A stretch of 63,947 bases of DNA, counting the filler, from Intoshia linei (Eukaryota; Animalia; Orthonectida): the NCBI GenBank assembly GCA_001642005.1. It is 5 parts of 5 records of this genome, joined end to end, with 100 filler letters (N's around TTAATTAATTAA, not from the genome) between each part and the next. Parts side by side here need not be neighbours in the genome. Positions count along the whole stretch, not along the records: positions 1 to 20,173 come from LWCA01000697.1; 4 more parts are not named here. One strand, given 5' to 3'. This document shows positions 1 through 13,013 of the stretch, piece by piece. Both the position numbers and the translations under genes were made by a program. Each line of letters starts with the position of its first letter. Positions within the stretch are counted from its first letter, which is position 1. The notes below the pieces were generated by a model. The model did not search any database and was not told where the DNA came from. It saw only the letters and a program-made list of their open reading frames with translations.

Positions 1-729
1 AAATACAAAAGTTCAACCCGAGAAATCTACGCATTCCCGGTGAAAAATAATTTTAATACATAAAATGGCAAAAAGAAATCTGACATTCAGAAGCAAACAG
101 GCCATAAAGGTGAAGATGAGACGTCTCAATGATTCATCACATTGAAAATGACAAAATAGGTTTTTATAATTTTAATTGTAATTTCAAAAACCAATAACAA
201 AGTCACAACCTCAGCCAAAAAATCTATCCCTCAAAATATCTTACCGAAATCACTGATATACATTATGAATAATAAACAATACATGTATATGTGTTATCAA
301 AACAGTAGAGAGAAACTATGGGTAACATGATTCGGTATACAATCACGAGGGTCTACTACGTTTTTTATTTTAATTTATTAATAGGTAATAGAAAATTACA
401 TTTTTATGATGACCAATGTGGTTTCAAATTGTTATATTTCATTTTTAGACAATAAATAGTAAATAATAATAATGGATTCAATAATGTAAATTGTAGAATG
501 TATAGACGACCAATTTTTAAAAAATATTCTAGATGGGGCCTAAAAATGTCCATCTGAACAGGGCATATTGTTGACTCTCCACGTTCATGTGTGTTATATA
601 TACTTCATATAAAATATTTTGAAAATATAGAAATGCTAACAAATTTAAAATTTTAACCACGCATAGTTTAATATAATGATAAAAATTTAGTCATAGACTA
701 AAAACTATATCAAATAATTAATTAATAAT

Positions 730-3700
730 CTAATAATATATTACAGCATCAAAATTAAAAATGATGAATCCATCGGCATATGGACTAATGGTAATAATTC
801 GAACGTCCTTGAGACTATATTGTCGGCTAATTTTTAGGGATTTATTAGGATAAATAATACAAAGTAATGTTTCTCCAAGGAAAAGTAACTTTTCAGTATG
901 CTAAATATAAATTTTTAAAAGAAATTAAAAACTTAACCCTAATGCAATTTTCAACAATTTTGTGAACTAAAAGATCAGCTGAAAATATAATGTGTTCTTT
1001 TTTTAAATGGGTTTCATGTATTTGCTTTAAAGTTTCGATGGAGTTATCTTGTAAAATTGAATGCATTTCTTTATTTACATCGAACCATATTAATGGAGAA
1101 TCATCCACTTTATGATTCCATTTTTCATATGCTTCTTTACGGCCTTTTAAATAATCTATAGCTATACATTCGCACCGCATCAGTCCAATGTTTGAATTAT
1201 TGTCTTGAATACCCTTCAATTTGAGAAAATGTAGTTGAGATAAAATCTAAAGGTAAATATAAAATGAAAATGCAAATAAAACATTAAAACTATTACATTA
1301 AATTTTTAATCATAAATACCTTATTGCGTCGATATATTCGATACAATGTAGTTCTAGCCTCGGTAAATAATTTGCTTTTCAGTATGTTTTTGTCTATTTC
1401 TTCACTCTTTGTAGCTTCACGAAATTTTTTCAAAAATTTTCGAACCTTTATACAAACAATAAATAAATCAAATGTTATATTATATTATGACAAATAAGTT
1501 ACATTAAAGTATTTCCAAATATGAAAATATTCGGTTATAGATTTATTCACATAAAAGTCAATAAATTTTGATATCAAATGTACAATTTAATTTAAATCAA
1601 AAACATTTTTGATTTGATACTTAAAACAGTCCGCTCTTAACAGAGCTAGATACTGTTTGTGTCAAGTACGTAACTTTCAAGCTACATATAATATAGAATA
1701 TTAATATAGTTACGTTGTAATTCCAAATGAATTTGTAAATGGCTTTCGAAGCTGCTTCTTTTTTCTAAATTGGTTAAATTTACTTACATATTTTACTTGT
1801 TAATAATAAATCGAGGCAAATAAATTTAATATTGAAAACGTTTGGTTTATTTCTTATTTAGGGAAATTTCGTGGTGTAAACTTAGGGCCTTCCCAAATTT
1901 ACAAAAATGCGTATATCTCAAAATCTCTGGGCTATTAAACAAAATAAATTATACCGTGTTAATCAGCATATTGAACTTTTAAAATACAATTTAAACGTAT
2001 TTATATTGGTGTATTAATTAATAAAATCATGTCTACATATTATCTTATTATCCAATTTTGTTATTTTGGAAATTTATTCACGGTAAACAATTAAAATTAC
2101 CATTTATAAATATTTATATTTATTTTTTTATTTTCATTTGTAATTGCTCGATATTATCAAAAAATTATTACTAAAAAAAAATATTCAATGGTTAAAAATC
2201 CTAGAATTAAAAAAATTCTATTCTCATGAATTCAAACGCATTTTAAAATTTTACCAACCTTACATAGGGTATATAGGGATACATACTATATATGTTATAT
2301 AGATATATTATATAGGTTCGTATTTGTAAGAAGAAACTGGATCAATTTTATGTTAAGACGCGTCGAATGTTTAATAATTTGAATTAAAACGCTATTTATC
2401 TAACCATATATTTGACAAAATATTTGGTCTTAAAGACTTAAGTCCGAAAAGGTTTAAAACTTAATCTTAACGATATATTTTTATAAAATATAAATAACAG
2501 TAACATTTGCATTAAAATTTAAAAAAATCACATGAAACAATGTAGAATGTTGTCCAATATCGCCTGGTTAAATTATTAAAACCGCTTTTTAAATAAAATA
2601 TTAAATTTAATTAACCTCTGCAGAAGCTTCCTCGTTGATTTCAACTTGCTTGATTTCATCTTGTGTTGTAGATATCTCTAGAATCAATTTATTAAAAATT
2701 TTTTATTAATTTTAGAATTAATAGACGGATAAAAAAATTACAAGTGGTACAGTTGTATCCTGTTAATACACACAAAAAATTTTCAATCCGAATAAGTGAC
2801 GACTTCACTATCAAAAAAGCATTTTAGTATTCATATACTTTTTTTGGAAATATTTTATTAAAACAAAAAATGTAAAATAATTAACGGTCCGAAAATTAAA
2901 AAAATAAAAGAGATTTTTCTAATAGAGCTTATTCCAGTTTATATAAATACAAAATTTCAACCCCAGAAATCTACGCATTCCCGGTGAAAAATAATTTTTA
3001 ATATATTATCAACCAATATTTTTTAAATATTTCGATTAAAATAAAAATTAAAACATAAATATTCATCCTACAGTTTCAACAAAAATGTGCATTGAACGTC
3101 TACACATTTACAATACATATATGGGTGGAATTCGGTTTTTTTTCATTGCTAATTTCTTAACTAAACACCTTGTCCCCGGTCGATTGAATGGGCGCATTAA
3201 ATAGCACTGCAATCGAAATTTTGCAGACACCCGTTTTGAAATTAAACAAACTTACTTCTACAACTTTTAAGCAGGTTCCCAAATGTCGTGAACCCTCAAA
3301 ATTTTGAAAATTTAACGCTTTAATAAAAATACACTAATCTAATAAAAATTAAAACTATGTGGTCAGTACGGGGTCCGTTCGGACCCCTTTCGAAAGCGTA
3401 TTTTAACGTTTGTAAAATAAACCGAATTGAATAAAAAGATTTTACAACATGGATAAAAATTTATCGTTAAAACACTTCATCATCCTGTGAAAACCAGAAA
3501 TTAATACTATAGTATGAAATAAGAATAACCTGAAATCATTTCAAAATTTTTTTCGTTAGTTTCTTGGCTGCCATTCTCAGATTTCGATATTTTAGAATAT
3601 CTTTTATCTTCATTGAAACCAATTAATTCAAATGATTCAGAAGAAATTATTTCAATTTTTTCAAGTTCGCTGCTTGTATTGGTGGTTTTTTCAGTATCCT

Positions 3701-6700
3701 AAAGAAACTATATAAGATTTAACTAAATTTACATCATAATTGACAAGTATAGTAGGGTTCAGTTTTTTTGTTGCTATTTCGGTATCTTTTCCAGTCACAT
3801 TTCCATTTGCTCTTTCTAATGACCCTTTTGCAGTATCATTAGTTGAAGTATCCGCACTGCTACTAGTAGTTCGACTAAGCATTATCTCTAATTGTTCCAT
3901 TCGTTTCTGTTGACGGTTTTTTTCGCTTTCACTCTCATCTAAACTCTTCTTTACGACCAAGGTTTCCGTTTCTTGTATTATTTCAACTTGTTTAAGTATC
4001 GTTTTATCAACGTTATTTTCATTTTTATTTTGTTTTATTATTTCTATATTATCCCTGCAGGTAGCACTAGTTAAAATAGCGTTGTTCTGTTCTTTATCTG
4101 CCAGTTCGTTTGAAAAACGTTCGATAATTTCAATTGTTTCTTCCATCTCTGTGATAGAATTTTTTATATAATTTGCGTTTTTTTTTAGTTTTTCATTTTC
4201 CTCTTCTTCGCTCCTTTGTTTTTCGTCTTCTACTTGATCATTTGTATCCTTGTCATCAATTTTATTTTTATTTGAACTGGAACTGGAACTACTACTGGTA
4301 TCATCATTTTTATATTTTTTAGCTTTTTTATCATTTAGCTCACTTTGAACTTTTAATTCTTTATTATGTACAATTATTGGCAATTTAGTTGAGGTATTTT
4401 CTTTTTTGAAAAAATTATCACTCGAAAATATTAGTAAACTCTCAGATTCATCGTTCATTATATTGGTATTATATCTCTTTGAATGTCTATGAGGTGTTTC
4501 ATTTTTTATAATTTCATCATTTTTAACTGCTATACTTTTTCGAACATTGACATTGACATTTCTCAATCCGGTTGGTGAATTAATTCTAAATATTTAAATT
4601 ATTTACAGTGTTAATTAGCCGTGAATAATTCTTAAAAATATCTTAAAATTCTTAAAAATGAACCAAAAATTAAATAATTAATATTAAAATATATTTATAC
4701 ACAATTTTTAGTAATATAAAATTATTGTAAAAGTTATTGTATAATATATTACTGATATTCAGTTTCAATCATTATTTTGTATATTTGGGTTATATTTAAA
4801 ATAACTTGTGGTGAATGTCAAATATATGAAAATACACGATAATTATTTCTTATTTACATAGTATATTATATGTCTAATATCATATATTCTTATTAAGGAA
4901 ATATCAATAATTAATTCATAATGTCAACAAATATCACGATATTATCACCTATCTAACTTTTTGAATTATGTAAATTATTAAATTAAATTTTTTAAAAGAA
5001 TTTGACAATTCTATGATATAGTCGAAAAAAAATATTTTTAATATTTTTGAATCTTTCAATACATTCCAAGTATAATCAATAGAATTTACAAGTAAATGTA
5101 GAAATTAAAGTACATGTATATTTAACAGTCAATATTAAAAATTTGCAATGAAATGATAAAATATATTATGTAATAAAATACTTTTGAGATTTCGAAAATT
5201 TTCTGGTAGATATCTTTTTAATTGGAACAATGCTTTCCTTGTAATCCTAATTAAAGTATATATATTAAATTTATTGTTATTGTATTGTATTTTTGCTGGA
5301 AAATTTTCAAATGTCTAAATTTTACAAAAATTGTAGTCAAGTTGAAGACACTTTATATCTATTAATATATTTTAAATTCAATGTAAACTTAAGTTTCTTA
5401 TCCATTTGAGAACTAGTATTATACGAAATGTTAAATACAAGTATATTAATGAATTTAAAAATACGTTATAGAAAAATATGTGAGTGGAGTGGGTCGAATC
5501 GTACAAAGTAGAAAATCCTTCAACGGTATCCTATTATACAATTTTATTAATTTTAAATCATTATTAATAATTCGAATAATTTAATATATATGTTACAGGC
5601 AAAATTTGAATAATTGAAAATTGCCTGGATTTGAATTTTGCCTGCGTGTAGCAGGAAATTTTCAAATTATAAACGTTGTATTCAATTTCAATTGATGTAA
5701 AACATTAAGCGTTGATAATTATTTGGAATATTATGAAAGACTGAAAAAATTAGAAAATAATGTAAATTAACCCAGAATAAAAAATGATTGGAACATTTTG
5801 AACAAGTATTATTTCAATTTTGCTTACACTCATTAATATTAAATTAGGTACGAATTGATAGCTGAATTGATAAATTAAATTTTCAAATTCGAATTATTAT
5901 TCACGTTGCTTGTCAAAATTTGAAAATTGCCTGTAACATATACAATAATAATATAAGATAACAATGTAAAATATATTTTTTAAAAAAATAATAAAATAAT
6001 CACGTATAATTATATGTGTGGAGGGATCAAGTTACTATTTTTCATATCAACATTTTACTGATACGAATTAAAAAAAATTCAAGAATCTGTAAAAACCAAA
6101 CTTAATACTCACATATAAAAATAAACACTTTAGAATACTTTGACAAATAAATAAGAATAAACATGATAATGGTTTTATAAAATTTTCGATGAATTTCATC
6201 AAAACCTCAAAAATACATTTTCTTGTGTAATTATAAAATTTTCGACAAAATTGTGGGATTATTAAAAATGATAACGGTTTTTGACAGGACCCAGCTCTGC
6301 CGAGGGCACATTTTTATTATACTTAAAAAATTAATTCACGTTGAAAATCTAATTTAAAAATGCTAATATTACTCTATTACTAAGCTCTATCAGAATAATC
6401 TTTTTTTTTAATTTTCGGACGATTAATTATTTCATATTTTTTGTTTTAATAAAATATTTCAAAAAAAAAAAAAATATGAATACTAAAATGCTTTTTTGAC
6501 CGTGAAGTCGTCACTTATTCGGATTGAAATTTTTTTAAATTATAGGGCTGTTTTCATTAAAAAAAGAAGGGTAATTTGGGTTTTGGCCCTGAAGGTATAA
6601 TTTTTTTAAATTTAAGTTTATTATAATTTTTATGATTTTAAAATCCGTAAAATCGTAAGATGTGAATTTGGGAAGATGAAATTATGTTTGCAAACACCCC

Positions 6701-9700
6701 CGAAAAAAAACTGTAATCGAAATGTGGACTTTATAAAATTCTAAGACGGGTAGTTATTTAAATAAAGCTAAACACACACACAAACAAAAATCGCTTAGCA
6801 TATTATATAAGTTAGGATTTTATGACATAACGGTTTTTTCATATTTTTTTATGAATCTCGATAATATTTTAAAAATCCAACTTTTTGAAAAACCAACAAT
6901 TTTGGTTTTATAATAAAAAATTTTAAAAAAAAATTTGAAAAATCAAATTATGAACGTAGAGAAAGTCTCATAAAAGCAATTTAGATTTTTTTAGGATAAT
7001 GATAACGCCTTTGTAGCCCCTTAATTAAACATTTTTTTAAATGTGTTTCTTTTTAATTGGGTTTTTTTGGATTATATTTATATTGTTAGTGTAACACTAT
7101 TATTAACAATGTAAACTAAAATTGGTGTAAAACGACCGAGGAACATGTGTGATATGATGAAAATTCATACTTTTAAATGAAAACAAGATGAGTATTTTGG
7201 ATTTCGTTGAGAAACTAAAATAAATATTTTATTACATGGTATATTAAATAAATTAATTAACATATAGGACATATATACATATATATGTATAAATATAGAT
7301 TTTCTCTATTTATATAGTCATGTTTGTATTTGATATAGTCATGTTTGCATTTAATATGGTCATATTTGATTTTAATATAGTCATTATGTTTATTATTAGT
7401 CATAGTAATTATGACTATATTAAATTCAAATATAACCATATTAAATGCAAATATGACTATATCAAATACAAATATGACCTTATTTAGTGCAAACATGACT
7501 ATAAATAGAGAACATCTATAATACCAATAAATGATATACATAATGAATAATAATTATTAGTATACATACCCAATTGGCTTATATGGTCGTTTTTAGAAGA
7601 TTTTAAAATTTTAATTAATTCTTCCAAATTTAACCGATAGTTTGAATCGCAAAAATGATCGAGTTTGTAATCAACCTATTTAAAAATGATTACATAATGT
7701 AATATTAATATTAATATAAATTTATAATAAAATATATGGACAATGACATACCTTTGAAATATTATGAACAATAGTTATCTTGAAATGTTGTACAAACATG
7801 TCCAACTTATTAATGTTTAATTTGGATGATTTAATTTCATAAAAATCTTTAAAAATACTCTCGGCTGAATTTTGATTGATCTGGTTGTTTTCAATGATTT
7901 GAAACATTCCATTTTCACCTTCATATATATTAATTAATTCATCAATGTTTATTTTGTCTTCTTTCGACTAAAATGATAATATTTATTATTTATTAAAATT
8001 TTTGATTGTCGTGATTATAATTTACTTTGTAATAATTTTGGACTAATTTTTCAAATTGATAATTCATAATATATTCCATAAATCCATTTTTCTACAAAAA
8101 TGACAGTTTTAATTTTAAATTGGAATATTACTGAATCAGCACGATTCATAAATCCTGGACTATTGCATATGGACAAACAAGTCGAGGTTTCTTTATTGTA
8201 ATTGTATTTTTTCTAATAAATAATATAATACCTTAGACACATAATAATGTAGTATTACAAATTATTAATAGCAGTCAACATGATATTAAATAAAAAATTA
8301 CATCCATGAATGTATTTATTCCATTAAATATAGAATCCAGAACGCAATTGTAAATATAATGACAAATTTGATCTCTGGCAACGTTGAACTGTACATGAAA
8401 TAATATTAAATATTTTTATAATTTTATTAAACTTTTTTATGAGTTTCAATGTCATCCATAAGCTTTATAATTTTCAAAATATTTTCTTCTGACAATCCAA
8501 GGTGCATAGAAGCGTTATTTATTACTAAAATACAATATTATAAACATAAAAAGTGAGTCTATTTTTTTCCTCTTATGGTTTTTAAGTAGATCCCAAATAA
8601 AAAAGTTTTTTTAAACACTATATTTGTTTTCATACATTTTGATAATAGTACCGGTCCTGTTAAATGACATTTGAGTAAGATAAATTGGTAACTTTATAAT
8701 AAAATAAAATAACCATAATCTTGAATTTCTACAGCGTCTTTATTATTCAAATTTGTCATGTTTAATATTGTTGACAAACAGTGCAGAATGTTGCGAACAT
8801 TACCATCATTGAAACCAAAATAATGTAACGATTCCTACATAATAAAAATAAATAATTTAAATTATAAATTTTAAATGTTAAAATTTTAACAGCCAATGAT
8901 CAACGGAAACATTATTTAATAATATCTAATATTAAATACTTACAATAACATTGTCAATCAAATTATTATCAGTTTTAGTTCGGCTATGACATTTCAAAAT
9001 TTCGTAATGAGAAATATTGGTGTACAACATGTAAATCTCTAGGAATTAAATTATAAAAATTTTAAATTGAATAAATAATAATTACGAAAGTCACTTTCAC
9101 ATGCATTTCGAATTATATGATAAAATATATCAAAATTGGCATTATTTATATTGCTTGATGTTAACATACACTAAAATTAATAAATTATTATCGTTATATT
9201 TAATTTTTTATTATTATAAAATGTAATATTTACTTGATTCATATAATCTAAAAAATTATAATTACATTTTTAAACTGTAATTCAATTAAATTAACAAATA
9301 ATAAATAAGGAGCATGATGATGTACTAAAATTTACGTTTTTTTATTTGCAAAGAAATTGGTTTATCCTCATTATACATAATGTCGATAGATTTCAACTAA
9401 TAACATTAATTAATTTTTTCATGTGTATATTAAAATATTTTAGAATTTAAGATATATTTTTCTAAATTTGTTAAATTTTACCAGTTGATTAATGTTTCGA
9501 TCCGTCTCATTTGAAGTAGTGGTAAAAGCTACAAATTTAATTATGTCAATATAATACGCTTACCGTTCAAAATCGTAAATAAATGATTTATTAAAGCATC
9601 ATCTACCGAATTTTTTGTTAGGTATTTTATACACGTTTGCATATATACTAAAAATGTAAACATTAATTTTATTTTAATATTATTTACAAATTTCATAATA

Positions 9701-12700
9701 AAACTATCCGCTTTAAAAAATTCACATATTCTCGAATGGAAATGACTTATAAAATGCGAATACGGGCAATTTTACGGGTGATTATTTACTTTTTTTATAA
9801 ATGAGTTGGTTTTTAAAAAAGGGTTACAAAATAATATCTTAACAGACTTTAAAACCTTCAAATTGAATTCATAAAAAAACACATAATCAAGTAGAATAAT
9901 TTGTGAGATAAAATAAAATTTGTTATGGACCTCGCACAATTTCTTGGTCCCAAATTTGATTTTTTTCTTATGACCATGGGAAAGCGGTTTTACATAGTAC
10001 AATAGTGTTTTCCAAATGCTTTTTGCTAGTGAATTTTAAATGTGTCACGACATTTTGAAAATGTATTACATTATTTTTCATACTTTTGTATTGTAAATGT
10101 TAAATTTAAAAAATTTATAGATAAACTAAACCATTTTGAGATCTGAAATCATTTGCGTTGTTAAAACATTGGGGTGACACATTTTTAGGAAATTTTGAGC
10201 ATTAGATGGGAAATTACTACTAAATGTGTATATTTTTAAAATACAAAACGATTTCATAATCAACTCCTTTACTAGACCTACAATCGTATCGTTGTTGACA
10301 CGTGATCCATGGTAGGAAAAGTTTGGGAACCACTGTTATAGGTAAAGCGGCAATTTTAAGATAAAACTTTGTTCTTTCGGTACAAAAATAAAAAAAAACT
10401 ATTATAATGCACTACAGCCAGTTGTTCCATAATATGGTTACTACTCCAATGGTTTCATAACTGTACACCTGGTATCCGTTAGACTCAAATAAAATATAAA
10501 CAAAAAATTTATTTACTTTTGTTTATTTTTATAGGAGAATTGTTAATATTTATTAAAGTCTCCAGATGTTAGTCATTTCATTCATTTTTCCAATTTGAGC
10601 ATTTAAAACAATTAATTTTTCAAATATGTTAATAGGAGGTTGGAATTAAACCATAAAAATTATTTAAAATACAACAAATTAATTGGATTAAGAAAAATTA
10701 TTGCAATTTATTGGTTTTTTGTAAAATTCGCATTATTAATAGTTTATTTACATGCTAATTTCATTTCCATTATTTTCAACTCTGATCATAACTTTTAATT
10801 GTATCAAATGTAAAAGGTAACTCCAGATCAGTAATGATGTACCTGGGTATATGACATTATTCGTCGTTTGCGAATTTTTTCTCAGAAAATAATCATAATT
10901 TCATTACATTTCGAGATTTAAAGTTCACCGAGGATTGTATGTGCGATAGCCGTCAAATTTTCAATTTTATACCCAGTCTTGTTTCATACATCTTCAATTT
11001 TATCAATTAATGGTTCTGAAAAATCAAAAATGCACACAGCCATCAGAAAAGGTAGACACGTATAAAATTTACTTATTATTCTCAAGTATGATGGATAGGT
11101 AGGTAGGCTGGAATGCTAAAAATGTTTTAGTATTTCAAACATAAAATTTTACCTTTGACATTCTCAAAAAGAAAAACACAATTATAACAGTTATACAGTC
11201 ATTAGTTACTAATGAATGGCATATTGCTTTAATAATCTAAGTCTGCTATTTTTAATTTAAGAATTAATTAAATATTTTTCAAACATGATTCATCATCATG
11301 ACTCATGAATCAAAATAAATTGGAAAATTGAAATAGTAAAATTAGTTCAGCAGTTTCTAAACGCCGATCAGCGGATCAGTACCGGTACTTGAAGTAATTT
11401 TACTGGTCCGTAGAAATTTTTTTTGAAAATTGAAATAGTCACACCTCCCAATACTGCCCATCCTCAATATTACCTTTATATTTCAATTTTATAACAAGAA
11501 ATATAATATCAATTTATAATAAAGAAAATTTCTCATTACGGTTAAACTCTCAAGTTTAAAGTATTTTAAAAAAAATTTCAAAAAATTTAAACAGTTATTT
11601 ATTTTTTAATTTTATTATTTAAATTTAATATAAATTAAATCCTTAAATTAAAATCATAAATATTTTAATATGAACTGTTATTATAGAAATTATTAATCCA
11701 ATTTTAATTATAACTTATAAACTTATAAACCCCAATTAAATTTACAAACAAATACATGCACATTAAAAAACGGACTTCATTCTATCATTATTTTACTACA
11801 GTGAAATCCGCTTATACGAGAAACCGGTTATAAGAAACGTCCGGATATAAAAACCAAGATCCGCTTATAGTGGACAGGCAATTTGTTTTTTAAAATGAAT
11901 ATTTAAGATTTTTTTAAAATAAATAAACCCTAAAACCTAAACTTATAAGCTCTCTTGCGTCTCTTATAAGCGGATTCCACTGTATATGAAAACTTAGTAA
12001 TACATAGTAACTGTATCCATGATCTATTTGCTACAACGTTATACTTTCAATAACGCCATAAATATCGAAAAACCAAAATGGCGGTAGTGAGAGGTCTGAC
12101 TGTAGAATAAATATAATAAATAAATTTATATTATAATATTCGATAATTATCGTATTTTCTTAAATTTTTTTTAGTTATTTCTTTTTAGTGGTACGTGCGA
12201 AATTGCATAGTAAATTTCCTATCGTGGTGACAAAATGTGAAAACTCCTGAATTAGTTGAATCATGCAGATTAATTTTGAAAAATCTGTACTTATTTACAT
12301 CTTTATAGCTCTGGGTTTCGACTAGTGCAGGCTATCAATAAAAATGTTTCTATAAATTTATCTATTCTTATTCTATTTACTTATATCTATTTATATTGTT
12401 ACTATTTTTTTAAATCAAAATGTTTTATCAATTAATTTTGAGAAAAAGTTAGAGATTCTTTCAAAACAGAGGACGATAAATTATCATAAGATACATTAAT
12501 ATTATTTTTTGTTGATTGCCACCCTAGTTTCAAACTATGTAACGTTAAAATTTGAATATATTGAATTTACACTACAAAAGTGTTTCTAAAAGTTAATATG
12601 GACCCTTTGCTGATACCTATGTTCATAGAAACTACCATAATCTTTTAATGATGTGATTAAATTCATGCGGTAATAAATGAATCTATTTTTATATAAAATA

Positions 12701-13013
12701 TAACATGATAATGGATTACACTCTTGATTTGATCCAAATTGCCCCAATAGTAAAATCTGTTCTTTTTTCGATTGGCAAAGTCTATTTTTAATGACATCCA
12801 ATTTATTTTTCCTAAAAATAATTAAAATTGCTCAAAACAGTTTTTACATAAGGTCATTAAAAGTTTTTTCCATATTAATATCAATTTCATCGTCTTTCAT
12901 TAAAACGACAATCGAATCGTCACTTATACACTAGAAATAAATGTATTTAAGGCAACTAATTGTACTTTTATATTTTCTTCGCCCATTAGCGTCCTTCGCA
13001 TTTTAGTATCCAT
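730..13013 (-). CDS. Highly divergent class-I-like myosin (degenerate motor, low-complexity insert, IQ-like motif, TH1 tail); multi-exon, with the splice path through SH1/converter/neck and the 3' end unresolved
   Basis: Spliced GT-AG exons are colinear with the myosin motor: EQILLLGQFGSNQE/LYMQTCIKYL (P-loop region), AFTTTSNETDRNINQL/LKSIDIMY (switch I), NANFDIFYH (~ERNYHIFYQ), ESLHYFGFNDGNVRNILHCLSTIL, ARDQICHYIYNCVLDSIFNGIN, CLSICNSPGFM..NGFMEYIMNYQFEKL (switch II/relay), IDELINIYEGENGMFQII, VDYKLDHFCDSN..LIKILKSSKN. Tail: IDKN..LYRIY, DYLKGRKEAY, IIFSAD..KLLFL..RQYSLKDVRIITISPYADGFIIF (TH1-like). ATG at 13013. Confidence 0.85.
2735..3110 (+). mobile_element. Internal fragment of a non-autonomous Helitron-like repeat family
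   Basis: Shares blocks (AATAAGTGACGACTTCAC, TAGAGCTTATTCCAGTT, ATCTACGCATTCCC) with copies at 1-58, 6290-6817, 20274-20370 and 27930-28723. Confidence 0.75.
5591..5938. mobile_element. MITE with TGTTACAGGCAA terminal inverted repeats
   Basis: TGTTACAGGCAA at 5591 and TTGCCTGTAACA ending at 5938, both flanked by TATA; lies in a myosin intron. Confidence 0.75.
6290..6817 (-). mobile_element. Non-autonomous Helitron-like element (5' end intact)
   Basis: On the minus strand it begins A|TCCTAACTTATATAAT, followed by a TGTTTGTGTG microsatellite; the body matches the other family copies; imperfect GC-rich hairpin near 6290. Confidence 0.7.
7294..7520. mobile_element. Small foldback MITE with 21-bp modular inverted arms
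   Basis: Left arm TATAGATTTTCTCTATTTA followed by (TATAGTCATGTTTGCATTTAA)n; the right arm is its reverse complement, ending TAAATAGAGAACATCTATA. Confidence 0.8.
10776..10856 (-). pseudogene. Possible Helitron/PIF1 helicase remnant
   Basis: Translates as CHIPRYIITDLELPFTF-DTIKSYDQS, resembling the PIF1 motifs IPRI..SDxELPF and TINKSQGQS with an internal deletion; bounded by stop codons. Confidence 0.4.
11348..12249. mobile_element. hAT-type non-autonomous element with a perfect 8-bp TSD
   Basis: Ends CAGCAGTTTC...AAAACTCCTG; TSD AATTAGTT at 11340-11347 and 12250-12257. Confidence 0.85.
11799..11982. mobile_element. pogo/Tigger-type MITE nested inside the hAT element
   Basis: TA|CAGTGAAATCCGCTTATA...TATAAGCGGATTCCACTG|TA. 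Confidence 0.85.

Noticed and set aside
3370-3388. GC hairpin GGGGTCCG-TT-CGGACCCC followed by TTT, resembling an intrinsic terminator
   Set aside because: It lies in a eukaryotic intron and is more simply a subterminal palindrome of a decayed MITE.
7310-7500. Regularly spaced repeats, here and at 55130-55790, as a possible CRISPR array
   Set aside because: No unique spacers, the arms are inverted, the context is a eukaryotic intron, and there are no cas genes.
7257-7541. 94-aa ORF with periodic hydrophobic and KHDYIK repeats
   Set aside because: A by-product of the 21-bp modular foldback; both halves are the same unit read on opposite strands.
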